Of a stretch of 59,900 bases of DNA, positions 39,396-54,000 are shown in pieces. The position numbers were made by a program, and so were the translations under genes. The stretch comes from Macrostomum lignano (Eukaryota). Position 1 is the stretch's first letter. Each line of letters starts with the position of its first letter. A model generated the notes under the pieces. That model was not told the origin of the DNA. It saw only the letters and a program-made list of their open reading frames with translations, and searched no databases. The stretch covers positions 1 to 59,900 of the forward strand of contig NIVC01004116.1 in NCBI GenBank assembly GCA_002269645.1, written 5' to 3'.

Positions 39396-41772
39396 TTGAA
39401 ACTCCTAACCGCTGAAAATATCAAAGCAAACTCACTTTTCTCTCACTCGCATTATAAACCCTCATTAAGTCAAAAACCACTTTCATTCCACGGAAAAAAT
39501 TTTTAATTACATGTAGTCGTACCTTTTAGCGAGGGAAATCCAAATCGCAGAATTCGATCGAGCTCAAATATTGCTTTAACTACACTACAAACGTTTGAAC
39601 CTGCATTGAGCAGATCCCAAATTTTTGATGAATTGTTACTTTAAAACCACTGGGACCAAAACCTTTATGTACTTGTACCGCATTCGCAATATTGCTGCTA
39701 AACCATGTTCCATTATGGCCGTGAACTTGAATTGATTGATAAATTTGTTGTTTGAAATTCGGTCCCCTTAGCTTCATTAGCACTCCTAAATTACATGGAG
39801 TAGTGTTACACTCCTTTTGTTAGACTAGACAAGTTTGGCTAGTCCAAAAATTGCACAAAAAATTGTGTATAATTCTAATCTGTGTCCAGTTTTTTCAAAT
39901 TTAACAATCTTCTTTGGCATTCGAATCCCGCCTTCATAAAAATCGCTTCGGTGAATTGAAATTCTTAAAGACTGACCTCAATTCTTACTACTCGAGATGT
40001 TCTACAATGGTTATTAAACTTTAAACCTTTGTTTACATAAATTCTAACCTACCTCCAAGCAGTGTCAGTCCTTAACCCCATTTGTTGGTTTAATTTTAGA
40101 AACATCAAATTAAAATGAGGAGCTTATGTACGTGCTTTTTGTGCATGTGCTTTTATTAATTTTCATCCTGTTATTACGTAGTTTAGGAAAGGATCGAGGC
40201 TTTAAAATATTTTTGACGGTACATTACTTGCTTCAATCAATTTGAATTTCTTTACTGCAAACTGGCTCTTTACTCATAAAATAATTTTTCTTGAATACTG
40301 TCGAGGATTAACCTTTAGAATCTTTTTATTGAGAAAAAAGCGATGGACAATCAAACTAACAAGGAAATATCGTTACATTCAATTTTTTCAACCCGAATTT
40401 ACACGCTTACTTTAATTTTAGCGTGTACACTGTACGAGCGAATACACGAGGTGATCAATACGTAGCAAAAATGAATATTTTCGTTGTCAATGTCATCCTT
40501 GGTATAAAAAAGTTAATAAACTTGACTGTTAATTTCTTTCAAATCCGCAGGAAAAAACTAGCCATTGTCGTCGACTTACATTTAAGAGCTGATATTCTGG
40601 ACGCAAGTTGGAGGTATAAATTTTAAACAGCACGTCTATTTCATATCACTGTACACTACGAGCGTACGTAAATACACGTAGAATTGGCATTTGGTAGCCA
40701 GTATCCATGAAATACATGAGGGTACGTTTTGACCACGTTTGAAAAAGAGGGTTTACATATTAGATACCTTTTTTCTGAAGCAATTACTGACTAGAATTTG
40801 ATAATTGATTTTTGCGCATTCATGATTCAACTAATGATGTTTTTTCTTAAAATTGTTTCCAATCTAATGTCCAATTGTTTAAAATTCACGTGATGTCTTG
40901 ACCATAAGTCTCTGTACAAGACAAAAGCCAAAGTCTAAATAATTATTATAATTCGTTGATTTTGTATTTCTACGATTTGTACTATAATTTACAATGTTCT
41001 TAGTCATAATTTTTCTAAAATCGATCGCGCACACATGCACACACATACCGACAAACCATTTTTATTGAATGATAGATGAGATCAAAATTCGGAAGTATTA
41101 ATGCAATGAAATGTGCAGTAATTTAATGCTTTAAATTACATTGTTAATATGCAGTGTGACTTTTTCGGTAGAAATTCAGTAACTGAAATTTCAATAATCA
41201 TATATTTATATACATTTAGCCGGCAGGCGGCAGCTACATGTAGTATGCATTATATTGAAAATGTGTTTTCTTTCGCAGGTTGCCACGATAATACAAAACG
41301 GTTTAAACAAAGTATACAGAAAAAAATTAAAAACAGTTCAAGCTAAGGACGACTTTATGCATTTTTATTTTGTATGATTAATAATAAAGTTTATGTCGCT
41401 TGCATATAATGCTACGGACACTGACGCGTTGGCTTCAATGCTTCCTTTTATATTTCGCGTCTTTTTAAAATTTATTTGAAATAAAAAATGATTTTTAAAC
41501 AATACAATACATAGCGAATCGGTATCCACTGATCGTCCTTGGTTATTCAGTTGTACCTAGTAAGCACTGCGTATTGATCTAAGCCAACAGATCGGATCGG
41601 CCCTAGACTATAGCAGAACCTCTGAAGTGTCTAATTGGTTGGATTAGATTGCATTAGCTACAGCCTACAATGCTTGAATTACGTTTCCAATTTATAAGTC
41701 TATGACGCAATATGTTTTATATTTAACTTGAATACCGTACTGAGTTACAGCAGCCGATGTACCATTTTAAGC

Positions 41773-44700
41773 ATGGAAACGTTACGTAGAATTTTTGGGC
41801 TTCGAAACGAAACCAGTCCTTCAGATCTCAAAAAGAGTGGCATTGAATGTATTGTTCAATGTCTAGACGAAGGAAAAGCAACTATTAATTTACCTGTAAG
41901 TCCTTTTCTTTGATACATGGCCCTATTAAAGTTATCTTGAATTCCATATGTGGTTCTTAGCTTTTTTGAGTCAGTAGCCTAGCTGTTTTTCTACATTAGA
42001 TATTTTAGACATTTAAATGATCATGTCCTAGAAATATAATAAATTATTTATTATATTTAATTTCCAACATTAGAATTAAAATTATAATTTGATAAAAAAT
42101 CAAGGCTAGTTAATATAGTTTTCCTGTGATATAAGTTAAATATAGGTAAATTAAGCACACTAGCCTAAATTTTAAAATGAAGAGATATATTTTAATAAAG
42201 TAGTAGGAAAAACTATTTTTAGATAATTTATACTTCATTCAAAAATAATTATAAAATAAAATGCTTCAAATATACAAGGTATACTTCCATGTGTTCTATA
42301 GAAACTAACAATTTTTAAGTATTATATAAAAATGAATCATTTTATTATTTTTATATTTTAGAATATTTATTAGAGTATCTATTATACTTTTCATCTTTTT
42401 GACAGAAAACATGCCTTGCCAGTGAGCTCTATGATAGAGTCTACAAAGAGCTAGACTTCCAATGTGAACATGACTATTTTGCTTTGCAATTCACGGACTT
42501 TCATGGCATCAGGCATTGGCTAGATCCAACTAAAGAGTTACGGCGCCAGATTACTAAGCGAATGCGTGAGTTTTGCTTCTTGACTTACTGTATCTATTGC
42601 TAATAATATAGCAAATTGTAATTTAAACATTTTATTACCTAAACCAGAATATATACTAGCTATATGAATGTGAAAAAAGCAAAATAATTCAAAGCTAAAT
42701 AGTTTTGACCTAGTTTTTGATTGCCTATGACCGAAGCTATCCTTGACCCAAATTGTCCATGACCCAAACTTTCCATGACCCAAACTATCCATGACCAAAA
42801 ATATCCATGACCCAAACTATCCATGACTAAAACTATCCATGACCAAAGCTATCCATGATCAATTGTCCATGACCCAAACTATCCATGACCCAAACAGTCC
42901 ATGACCCAAACTGTCCATGACCCAAAATATCCATGATCAAAATTGTCCATGACCCAAACTATCCATGACCCAAACAGTCCATGACCCAAACTGTCCATGA
43001 CCCAAACCAGTCCTATCAAAATGGGGCATCAAAGGGCAATTAAAGTAATATTTGCATAAATTACCACACTGTTTTAGCTGGTCCTCCGTTCACATTCCGC
43101 TTTCTGGTAAAGTTCTATTCTAGCGAGCCGGACAACTATTTGAAAGAAGAGCTGACTCGGTGAGATAATGTGTATAAATTGTATAAATAAATATCTAGTT
43201 ACATTTTGTCACCCATGGACATGTTATATTAAAAACCTGCCGACTTTTCCCCAGCTACTTGTTTGTCCTGCAACTGCGTTCGGATATTCGAGATGGCCGG
43301 CTTGTTTGCCGAGACGAGGCCAAGGCGGCCGAACTAGCGGCTCTGGTTATACAAGGTGAGGCCCTGCTGCCAGGGTATAGTAGCTGGGAGTGCTTGAGTG
43401 GAGGACTGAAGTGTTTTTGGGTTGGTAAAAGTACTCTTTAAGGATTATTATTAGCAAAAGTACACTGATATTTTGTTTTAGCAAGAGTTTATTTAAGTGC
43501 TGCACGTCAGTAAAATTATACCGAAAGCCTAGATAATTAAATAAAGTACACTGAAAGTCTGAAGGATTAGAAAAAGTATACACTGAAAGTGGAGGCATTA
43601 GAAAAAGTATACTGAAAGTCTGGGGGCTTAGCAAACGTACACTAAAAGTCTGGAGGCTTAGCAAAAGTACACTGAAAGTCTGGAGGATTAGAAAAAGTAC
43701 ACTGAAAGTCTGGAGGCTTAAGCAAAAGTACACTAAAAGTCTGGAGGATTAGAAAAAGTACACTGAAAGTCTGGAGGCTTATTTAAAGTACATTGAAAGT
43801 CTGATGGATTAGAAAAGAACACTGAAAGTCTGAAGGCTTATTTAAAGTACACTGAAAGTCTGGAGGCTTATTTAAAGTACATTGAAATTCTGATGGATTA
43901 GAAAAGTACACTGAAAGTCTGGAGGCTTATTTAAAGTACATTGAAAGTCTGATGGATTAGAAAAGTACACTGAAAGTCTGAAGGCTTTTTTAAAGTACAC
44001 TGAAAGTCTGAAGGTTTATTTAAAGTACATTGAAAGTCTGATGGATTAGAAAAGTACACTGGAAGTCTGGAGGCTTAGCAAAAGTACACTGAAAGTCTGG
44101 AGGCTTATTTAAAGTACATTGAAATTCTGATGGATTAGAAAAGTACACTGGAAGTCTGGAGGCTTAGCAAAAGTACACTGAAAGTCTGGAGGCTTATTTA
44201 AAGTACATTGAAATTCTGATGGATTAGAAAAGTACACTGGAAGTCTAGAGGCTTAGCAAAAGTACACTGAAAGTCTGGAGGCTTATTTAAAGTACATTGA
44301 AATTCTGATGGATTAGAAAAGTACACTGGAAGTCTAGAGGCTTAGCAAAAGTACACTGAAAGTCTGGAGGTTTATTTAAAGTATATTGAAAGTCTGATGG
44401 ATTAGAAAAGTACACTGAAAGTCTGGAGGCTTATTTAAAGTACATTAAAAGTCTGATGGATTAGAAAAGTACACTGAGAGTCTGGAGGCTTAGCTACGAG
44501 TAAAATACAATAAGAGACGCCGGCTACCAAAAGTACTCTAAAGATCTGGGGGGTAGCATATAAGTAACACTAAAGTGTACGGGAGCTAGCAAAAGTACGA
44601 GTACACCAGAGAATCAGGGGTACATCAGTAACCAAATGTAATCCAATCTAAGTCTAATGTAACCAAATGTAACCAAACGCTGCTTAACCAATCCCAAATG

Positions 44701-47700
44701 TAAGGAATAACCTTTCCGCTCCCATTCGCAGCGGAGGAGGACGACTACGACCCCCTGAGACACACGCCCGGCTTCGTGTCGCAGTTCAAATTCCTGCCAG
44801 ACCGACAACAGACAGAAGCGTTCGAGCTGCGAGTGCTGGACGAGTACAGGAAGCTGGCGTGAGTGGCTCTTTGCCTTATCAGCTGTTTGTGCAAATTTGA
44901 AATTGGTTATGTTTATTTACTGTCTTCAAATCTGTTTTTAGTAACAGAAACCTATCGCCGGCCCTGTGCGAGCGGATGTACCTGAGTAAAGTGAAGAACT
45001 GGGAGAACTATGGAGTCGATATGCACACTGTTTCGGTTAGTAACTCATTGTTCACTACATTGTTTATTTCGTTTTAATTCGTTTGTTTTATAGTTACATT
45101 TTTATCAGTGAGTTATGGGCATCCCACAATTTAGTCATGAACTGTTCCATAATTGAGTCATGAACTGTTCCATAATTGAGTCATGGACTGTTCCATAATT
45201 GAGTCATGAACTGTTCCATAATTGAGTCATGAACTGTTCCATAATTGAGTCATAAACTGTTCCATAATTGAGTCATGAACTGTTCCATAATTGAGTCATG
45301 AACTGTTCCATAATTGAGTCATGAACTGTTCCATAATTGAGTCATAAACTGTTCCATAATTGAGTCATAAACTGTTCCATAATTGAGTCATAAACTGTTC
45401 CATAATTGAGTCCTGGGGTGTTCCATAATTGAGTCATAAACTGTTCCATAATTGAGTCATGAACTGTTCCATAATTGAGTCATAAACTATTCCATAATTG
45501 AGTCATGAACTGTTCCATAATTGAGTCATGAACTGTTCCATAATTGAGTCATGAACTGTTCCATAATTGAGTCCTGGGGTGTTCCATAATTGAGTCATAA
45601 ACTGTTCCATAATTGAGTCATAAACTATTCCATAATTGAGTCATGAACTTTTCCATAATTGAGTCCTGGGGTGTTCCATAATTGAGTCCTGGGGTGTTCC
45701 ATAATTGAGTCATAAACTGTTCCATAATTGAGTCATAAACTGTTCCATAATTGAGTCATAAACTATTCCATAATTGAGTCCTGGGGTTTTCCATAATTGA
45801 GTCATAAACTGTTCCATAATTGAGTCATAAACTATTCCATAATTGAGTCATGAACTGTTCCATAATTGAGTCCTGGGGTGTTCCATAATTGAGTCCTGGG
45901 GTGTTCCATAATTGAGTCATAAACTGTTCCATAATTGAGTCATAAACTGTTCCATAATTGAGTCATAAACTATTCCATAATTGAGTCATGAACTGTTCCA
46001 TAATTGAGTCATGAACTATTCCATAATTGAGTCCTGGGGTGTTCCATAATTGAGTCATAAACTGTTCCATAATTGAGTCATGAACTATTCCATAATTGAG
46101 TCCTGGGGTGTTCCATAATTGAGTCATAAACTGTTCCATAATTGAGTCATTGACTGTTCCATAATTGAGTCATGAACTGTTCCATAATTGAGTCATGAAC
46201 TGTTCCATGATTGAGTCATGAACTATTCCATAATTGAGTCCTGGGGTGTTCCATAATTTAGTCATAAACTGTTCCATAATTGAGTCCTGGGGTGTTCTAT
46301 GATTGAGTCATGAACTGTTCCATAGTTGAGTCATTGATTGTTTTATTAACCAACCTGTGTGTTTTATGAGCGAATTTCCAGTGAGCCGACACTTTCCTGG
46401 AAAATGCCGGTCTAAAGTGTAACCCTAACCCAACTTTATAGCACCTAAAGCGCAATTGCTGCAAAAATTCAGTAACGAGTTAAAAAAACCCAGGCCTTTC
46501 TCAGAACTGTCTAACTGTCTTATATTTTGCGTACATCTGTCTGTCTGCCAGCTGCTAATCTCTTATCTCTGTTGGCAAAAGGTGTCTTTTTTGTAGAATA
46601 AAAAAACTAACACTGATACGTTTGCACACGCGCTCTCCTTGGACGAAAGCAGTGCAGTCAGTTTTATTTCGGTCGCTTTGTCCCCTCACGAATTCTGTTC
46701 TTGTTTGTGTCGTAATTTTTCGGCAGTTGTGTAAAAGCAGTTTCAACGGGCTTCTTCTGGCCTCTTCTGAATCTGTTAATACTGTAAAAGGCATGAAATA
46801 AACTCGTAATTCTACGAAGTCTTACTTCGTAAAGGATTGTAGCTTAGTGAGGGGGTTGTAGCCTAGTGAGGGGATTGTAGCCTAGTGAGGGGTTGTAGCC
46901 TAGTGAGGGGTTGTAGCCTAGTGAGGGGTTGTAGCCTAGTGAGGGGGTTGTAGCCTAGTGAGGGGATTGTAGCCTAGTGAGGGGGTTGTAGCCTAGTGAG
47001 GGGATTGTAGCCTAGTGAGGGGTTGTAGCCTAGTGAGGGGTTGTAGCCTAGTGAGGGGTTGTAGCCTAGTGAGGGGGTTGTAGCCTAGTGAGAGGGTTGT
47101 AGCCTAGTGAGGGGGTTGTAGCCTAGTGAGAGGGTTGTAGCCTAGTGAGGGGGTTGTAGCCTAGTGAGGGGTTGTAGCCTAGTGAGGGGTTGTAGCCTAG
47201 TGAGGGGTTGTAGCCTAGTGAGAGGGTTGTAGCCTAGTGAGGGGGTTGTAGCCTAGTGAGAGGGTTGTAGCCTAGTGAGGGGTTGTAGCCTAGTGAGGGG
47301 TTGTAGCCTAGTGAGAGGGTTGTAGCCTAGTGAGGGGGTTGTAGCCTAGTGAGAGGGTTGTAGCCTAGTGAGGGGGTTGTAGCCTAGTGAGGGGTTGTAG
47401 CCTAGTGAGGGGGTTGTAGCCTAGTGAGGGGTTGTAGCCTAGTGAGGGGTTGTAGCCTAGTGAGGGGTTGTAGCCTAGTGAGGGGGTTGTAGCCTAGTGA
47501 GGGAGTTGTAGCCTAGTGAGAGGGTTGTAGCCTAGTGAGGGGGTTGTAGCCTAGTGAGAGGGTTGTAGCCTAGTGAGGGGGTTGTAGCCTAGTGAGGGGG
47601 TTGTAGCCTAGTGAGAGGGTTGTAGCCTAGTGAGGGGGTTGTAGCCTAGTGAGAGGGTTGTAGCCTAGTGAGGGGTTGTAGCCTAGTGAGAGGGTTGTAG

Positions 47701-50700
47701 CCTAGTGAGAGGGTTGTAGCCTAGTGAGGGGGTTGTAGCCTAGTGAGGGGATTGTAGCCTAGTGAGGGGTTGTAGCCTAGTGAGGGGTTGTAGCCTAGTG
47801 AGTGGGTTGTAGCCTAGTGAGGGGGTTGTAGCCTAGTGAGAGGGTTGTAGCCTAGTGAGGGGGTTGTAGCCTAGTGAGAGGGTTGTAGCCTAGTGAGGGG
47901 GTTGTAGCCTAGTGAGGGGTTGTAGCCTAGTGAGAGGGTTGTAGCCTAGTGAGAGGGTTGTAGCCTAGTGAGGGGGTTGTAGCCTAGTGAGGGGGTTGTA
48001 GCCTAGTGAGGGGGTTGTAGCCTAGTGAGAGGGTTGTAGCCTAGTGAGGGGGTTGTAGCCTAGTGAGGGGGTTGTAGCCTAGTGAGGGGGTTGTAGCCTA
48101 GTGAGGGGGTTGTAGCCTAGTGAGGGGGTTTTAGCCTAGTGAGGGGGTTGTAGCCTAGTGAGAGGGTTGTAGCCTAGTGAGGGAGTTGTAGCCTAGTGAG
48201 AGGTTGTAGCCTAGTGAGGGGTTGTAGCCTAGTGAGGGGGTTGTAGCCTAGTGAGGGGTTGTAGCCTAGTGAGGGGGTTGTAGCCTAGTGAGAGGGTTGT
48301 AGCCTAGTGAGGGGTTGTAGCCTAGTGAGGGGGTTGTAGCCTAGTGAGGGGTTGTAGCCTAGTGAGGGGTTGTAGCCTAGTGAGGGGTTGTAGCCTAGTG
48401 AGGGGTTGTAGCCTAGTGAGAGGGTTGTAGCTTAGTGAGGGGTTGTAGCCTAGTGAGGGGGTTGTAGCCTAGTGAGGGGTTGTAGCCTAGTGAGGGGTTG
48501 TAGCCTAGTGAGAGGGTTGTAGCCTAGTGAGGGGGTTGTAGCCTAGTGAGGGGGTTGTAGCCTAGTGAGAGGTTGTCGGGGGGGGTTGTCGTGCGATTCA
48601 CAGGCATGAGGGCCAACCCCAAAGGCACAGAGATGTACATGCCTTACGATTAGAAAGTCAGGGCTGCTATACACACTGTGTAAGCATGTGTATCAGTGCG
48701 TGCTTGTGTACAGTATTGGCGCGCTTGTACGTTCTCAGGAGTCAGCGGAACGGGCAGAATTGCTGTCCCAGAATTGGGCCTCCTGAGATTACTGTTCCGG
48801 GTATATTATTCCTTATCTGATCCCATATCGATCCTCATTATCTGATCCCCTATCGATCCCCATTATTTGATCCCATATCGATCCTCATTATCTGATCCCT
48901 ATCGATCCCCATTATTTGATCCCATATCGATCCACATTATCTGATCCCATATCGATTTCTATTTTATTAATTTGTGATCCTTAAATCTAAGTTATATGAA
49001 TTATGGTATCTGTGTATTGAGGCAGCTCTATCATTCAGCCACAAAATGTCCGAATCAACAGGGCAAGGACGGTCGCACTTATCACCTGGGCCTCACACCT
49101 GCCGGCATTTTGGTTTACGATAGGCAAGAAAAAATTGGACTATTCTTCTGGTGAGCAGACAATTTGCAATGCTTTTTAATGCACTTTTACGCCAAATTAA
49201 TTAATTTTTAGTCCTTCTTGTTAAACCTTTATTCAATATTTTTATTTGCTCCGCTTCTAGGCCGCGGATTATCAAGATCGATTTCAATCGGAGTAAACTG
49301 AAAATTGTGGTCACCGAGGACGACAATCAGGTTGGATTTCGCTTTCAGTTTGACATTCCTCAGGATTATGGCTTACTGTTCGAAGAATCTTCTTTGAAGC
49401 ATTTATTATTTGCTCTAATCCTCATTTGAGGTATTTAATCCCCTCAAATCCTCATTTGAGGCATTTAATTCATTGTAATCCTCATTTGAAGCATTTAATC
49501 ATCTCTCTAATCCTCATTTTTAGGCATTTAATCCCCTCTAATCCTCATTTGAGGCATTAAATCCCCCCTAATCCTCATTTGAGGCATTTAATTCATTGTA
49601 ATCCTCATTTGAAGCATTTAATCATCTCTCTAATCCTCATTTTTAGGCATTTAATCTCCTCTAATCCTCGATCTAAGCATTTAATTCCTGCCATTCCTCA
49701 GTTAAAGCATTTAATCCCCCCTATCCCACTAATATCAGTAAGCGTCTCCCACCCGCAGGGAGCCCAGCAAGATCACGTGTTTGTATTCAACCTGGCCGAC
49801 ACGCAGTCCTGCAAGCACCTGTGGCGCTGCGCTGTTGAGCACCATTCGTTCTTTCGCCTAGTTGAGACCCGGGCGCCGCCAACCAAAGCCAAGCAGCTGC
49901 TGCGAATGCGGTCCAGGTTCTACCACAGCTTCCGCACCGAGTCCGGCCTGGTCAGGGAGCGCCAGTTCGGCACCAGCCAGCGCCGGTCGGCCAGATTCGA
50001 ACGGCGACCGTCGACGCGGCACAGCACCAGGCCCAGCTTTGCCAGGGCCGACGCTGAGAGGCGATTCGCCAGGGCGCAGGAGCGGCAGGAGGCCAAGTTG
50101 GCCACGCTGGAGCGGGTCAAGGCCGAGGAGGACGGGTGAGCGGCGGCGGGGAGAGGGTGAAGCTGACGGGGTGACTGGATGACAGGGTGAAGCTGACAGG
50201 ATGACAGGGTGAAGCTGACAGGATGACAGGGTGAAGCTGACGGGGTGACTGGATGACAGGGTGAAGCTGACAGGATGACAGGGTGAAGCTGTCAGGATGA
50301 CAGGGTGAAGCTGACAGGATGACAGGGTGAAGCTGACAGGATGACAGGGTGAAGCTGACAGGATGACAGGGTGAAGCTGGCGGGGTGACTGGATGACAGG
50401 GTGAAGCTGACAGGATGACAGGGTGAAGCTGGCGGGGTGACTGGATGACAGGGTGAAGCTGACAGGATGACAGGGTGAAGCTGACAGGATGACAGGGTGA
50501 AGCTGACAGGATGACAGGGTGAAGCTGACGGGGTGACAGAGTGAAGCTGGCGGGGTGACTGGATGACAGGGTGAAGCTGACAGGATGACAGGGTGAAGCT
50601 GACAGGATGACAGGGTGAAGCTGACAGGATGACAGGGTGAAGCTGACAGGATGACAGGGTGAAGCTGACAGGATGACAGGGTGGAGCTGACAGGATGACA

Positions 50701-50927
50701 GGGTGAAGCTGACACAGGTCTCAGACTCTTTCATGCACAAAGTAACTTTGTTTGCTTTTGTCTTATCGAAGAAGAATTTAAACTGCAGCAGCATTGGCAT
50801 GATTTCATTTAATTTTATTGAACTGGTTTCAGTTAGTACGACTAATTGAACTCTACCGTAGAACCGCGTGTGTACACAATAATTATGCAACTTCTCTGCT
50901 TGACCAGCAAGTTTTTTGTTTTATTTG

Positions 50928-51002
<75 letters not shown>

Positions 51003-54000
51003 TTTGTTGCCGTCAGGCGCAGGATTTTCTCAGATTTAATTGCATAAAAGCAGAAAAGAAAAGAAAAAGAAAAAAGTGAGAAAAATGCGTGTATAAGCAA
51101 TAGAAATTCTTTGCTGGCAATCATAAACTATGCTGTGTTACGGGGGGGGGGTTCTGTCCGAAAGAGGCCAGCATTTGCAGTCGTTTTTAGACTCAATTTC
51201 TGTGCAGTCCCTGTGCTAAGGAAAAGTTATTTATTTAAAAGCATTTGCGAATACCTATACTGACCTCGTTGCAGCTTTCTCGTTAGCCAATATCGAAGAG
51301 CCCAACGCGTTCAGTGAGTCGTTTATACATGCACTACTTGCAGTAGCTGCAGATCTACAGGTTGCGCATATTTTATCCAGATATAAATATACTTGTAAAA
51401 GTTGTTGCTTGCTAAAATCGAGGATCAGCTAACTGAACTTTTTTTGCTATTAAAAATTAAAATATTCTTTAGATCAACTTGGTGGCCGTAGCCTAGTGGT
51501 CTAGCACGGCGCTTTGATGTGCCAGCGGCCCAGGCTCGATTCCAAGTGCAGTCGCATTAATTTAGGGAATCTCGGCTTGGCTCTGCTTGTGCAATTAACT
51601 CCCTTGAGGCCAACCCCCAAGGCGCAGTGAAGTGTACATGCCTAACGATAAATAAAGTTAGGGCCGCTGTACACTCCTGTGTGAGTGTGTGCCTGCGTAC
51701 GTATCCGCGCGCTTGCATGCCTGCTCAGGGGAGTCGGCGGAATGGGCAGTAATGCCTCTCGCCGGTTGTGTGACAATGTCGCTTAAATGCGTCAGGGTGC
51801 ACACAGCCCCTGCCTCTAATACGAGTACTAAGTACTTTAAAAAAGAACAAATTTGGCTTTCTTTTTCTAATATTTTGTGACCTGTGGAGACTTTATTCGA
51901 CTTTTAAACTTCCTCTGTGTGCAAGTGGAAAGGGTTTCGGTCGCTTCAGATTCTCTGTTTGGGGCTCCCTGGCGTATAAAAATCCTACTGAAGTGCTCTA
52001 ATTTAAATAAATCGAATGCATGCTCATGGCATACTACTGCGCTAGTATTTTATCAACAGTAGCAAGTATTGGATTTATATTTTAACTTTATAATCTTACT
52101 TTTAATTTACTGATGAAGCAATTTACTGACAAAGCTCACCATATGTAAAACTCAATGTACTACTTATTATGTCTCACAAGTAACCAATTTGGATTCCAAT
52201 GTCTCGGAAATTGGATTATAAACATCGCTGTTAAAAAAATTAATCCGAAACAAAAATAACTGTTTTTTCTAGACAAGCTCCTATGTCTGCCGCGGTGCAT
52301 CAGCAGCTTCAGCAGCAGTTTCGTCAGGAATCCGAGCGTACATGTATTAAAACAACTGCAATGGTTTCGCCACAGCCCCGTGGTGAGAGTCTTATCAGTA
52401 TAAATGCTGCTTTTACTTCAGTGTATTTTAGAGGCAATTATGTATAAGAAGAGTAATGCTTCTTCAACTGGTCGCATCATTAGGGAATTGAGCCAAGGGA
52501 TTAAGCTATTGTGCGTACATTAGGGTAAGGGATTGAGCCATTGTGCGTACATTAGGGTAAGGGATTGAGCCATTGTGCGTACATTAGGGTAAGGGATTGA
52601 GCCATTGTGCGTACATTAGGGTAAGGGATTGAGCCATTGTGCGTACATTAGAGTAAGGAATTCCGAGATGAGTCACTTCTTTAGTTAATTAAAATGACTA
52701 TAATTTTTTAAGCTACTTACAGTAGCTCGTATCATTGCCGCACGCATCCCAGATCCTTCATCGGCGGAAGCTGCATCAGTGGAGCCGGCGGCGGCTGGAG
52801 CATCGGCCAGTCGGCAGGCAGTGCGAAGTAACCCGGACAGAGAGCAGAAAGCCGAGTCTGAATCTACAGTGCTGGTCAGGTGAGGACAGATCCGGGATTG
52901 TGAAGCTTGGGGATTGTGAAGCTTGGGGATTGTGAAGCTTGGGGATTGTGAAGCTTGGGGATTGTGAAGCTTGGGGATTGTGAAGATTGAGGATTGTGTA
53001 GCTTGGGAATTGTGAAGCTTGGGGATTGTGAAGCTTGAGGATTGTGAAGCTTGAGGATTGTGTAGCTTGGGGATTGTGAAGATTGAGGATTGTGAAGCTT
53101 GGGGATTGTGAAGCTTGGGGATTGTGAAGCTTGGGATTGTGAAGCTTGGGATTGTGAAGCTTGGGGATTGTGAAGCTTGGTTATTTTGTGAAGCTATTTG
53201 AGGCTTTTTTGAAGCTTCAGATTCTTGAACTATTAATATTTATATTCGTAAATCTTTATTATTTTGACTCTTAGTCTTTCAAATACCTACCTATATTACA
53301 GCAGCAATAACAAAAGCAACAGAAGCAGCACCAGCAGCAGTTCCAGCAGCGCTAGCGACAGCGACAGCGGCAGTGAAAGCGAGAGCGAAGAGAAAAAGCC
53401 GCTAACGTCTCTTGAGCCAAAGAATTCGAGTTCTGCACCTAGCAGGTATGAATGTACTGTATGGTTTATTGAATAATATTTTATATTCATTTATAGGTAG
53501 ATTAATTAAACTTACATGTAAATGTGGCAGATTTTGCTAGTCAGTCACTCTAACCTTCAAATGACCCCTCCTTTGTTCTTCTAACATATATGAACTGTTA
53601 GAAGCGCTGCCTGACGCGACAGAATAGTCTTAATTGTAAGTCTAACTGTTTGGTAATTCTGAGTCAGTTATTTAGGGGTAGCGGCATGTGCTGCAGTTGA
53701 TAGATATAAGTCTGTACTAATCCTACTAGATGACTGTGTTTAACTTGCCAGGGTAAAAAATTTTGCATGCCATTTAAGTAAGTATGGAATCAGATACTGC
53801 AGTCATAATATCTGTTGTCAAAAAGTCTGTAGATGGGATTGTAATTAAAAGTTTTTTAAATTAAAATTCACGTTTCATACTACTAACTTGAATGGGATGT
53901 GCGTATGTACGCTTGATTTTAGAGTTTTGATGTTTTATATGCATGCTAATGTACTTTAAAATTGTAGGAAAAAAGAAAATTTTCATGCTATAACAGTAGA

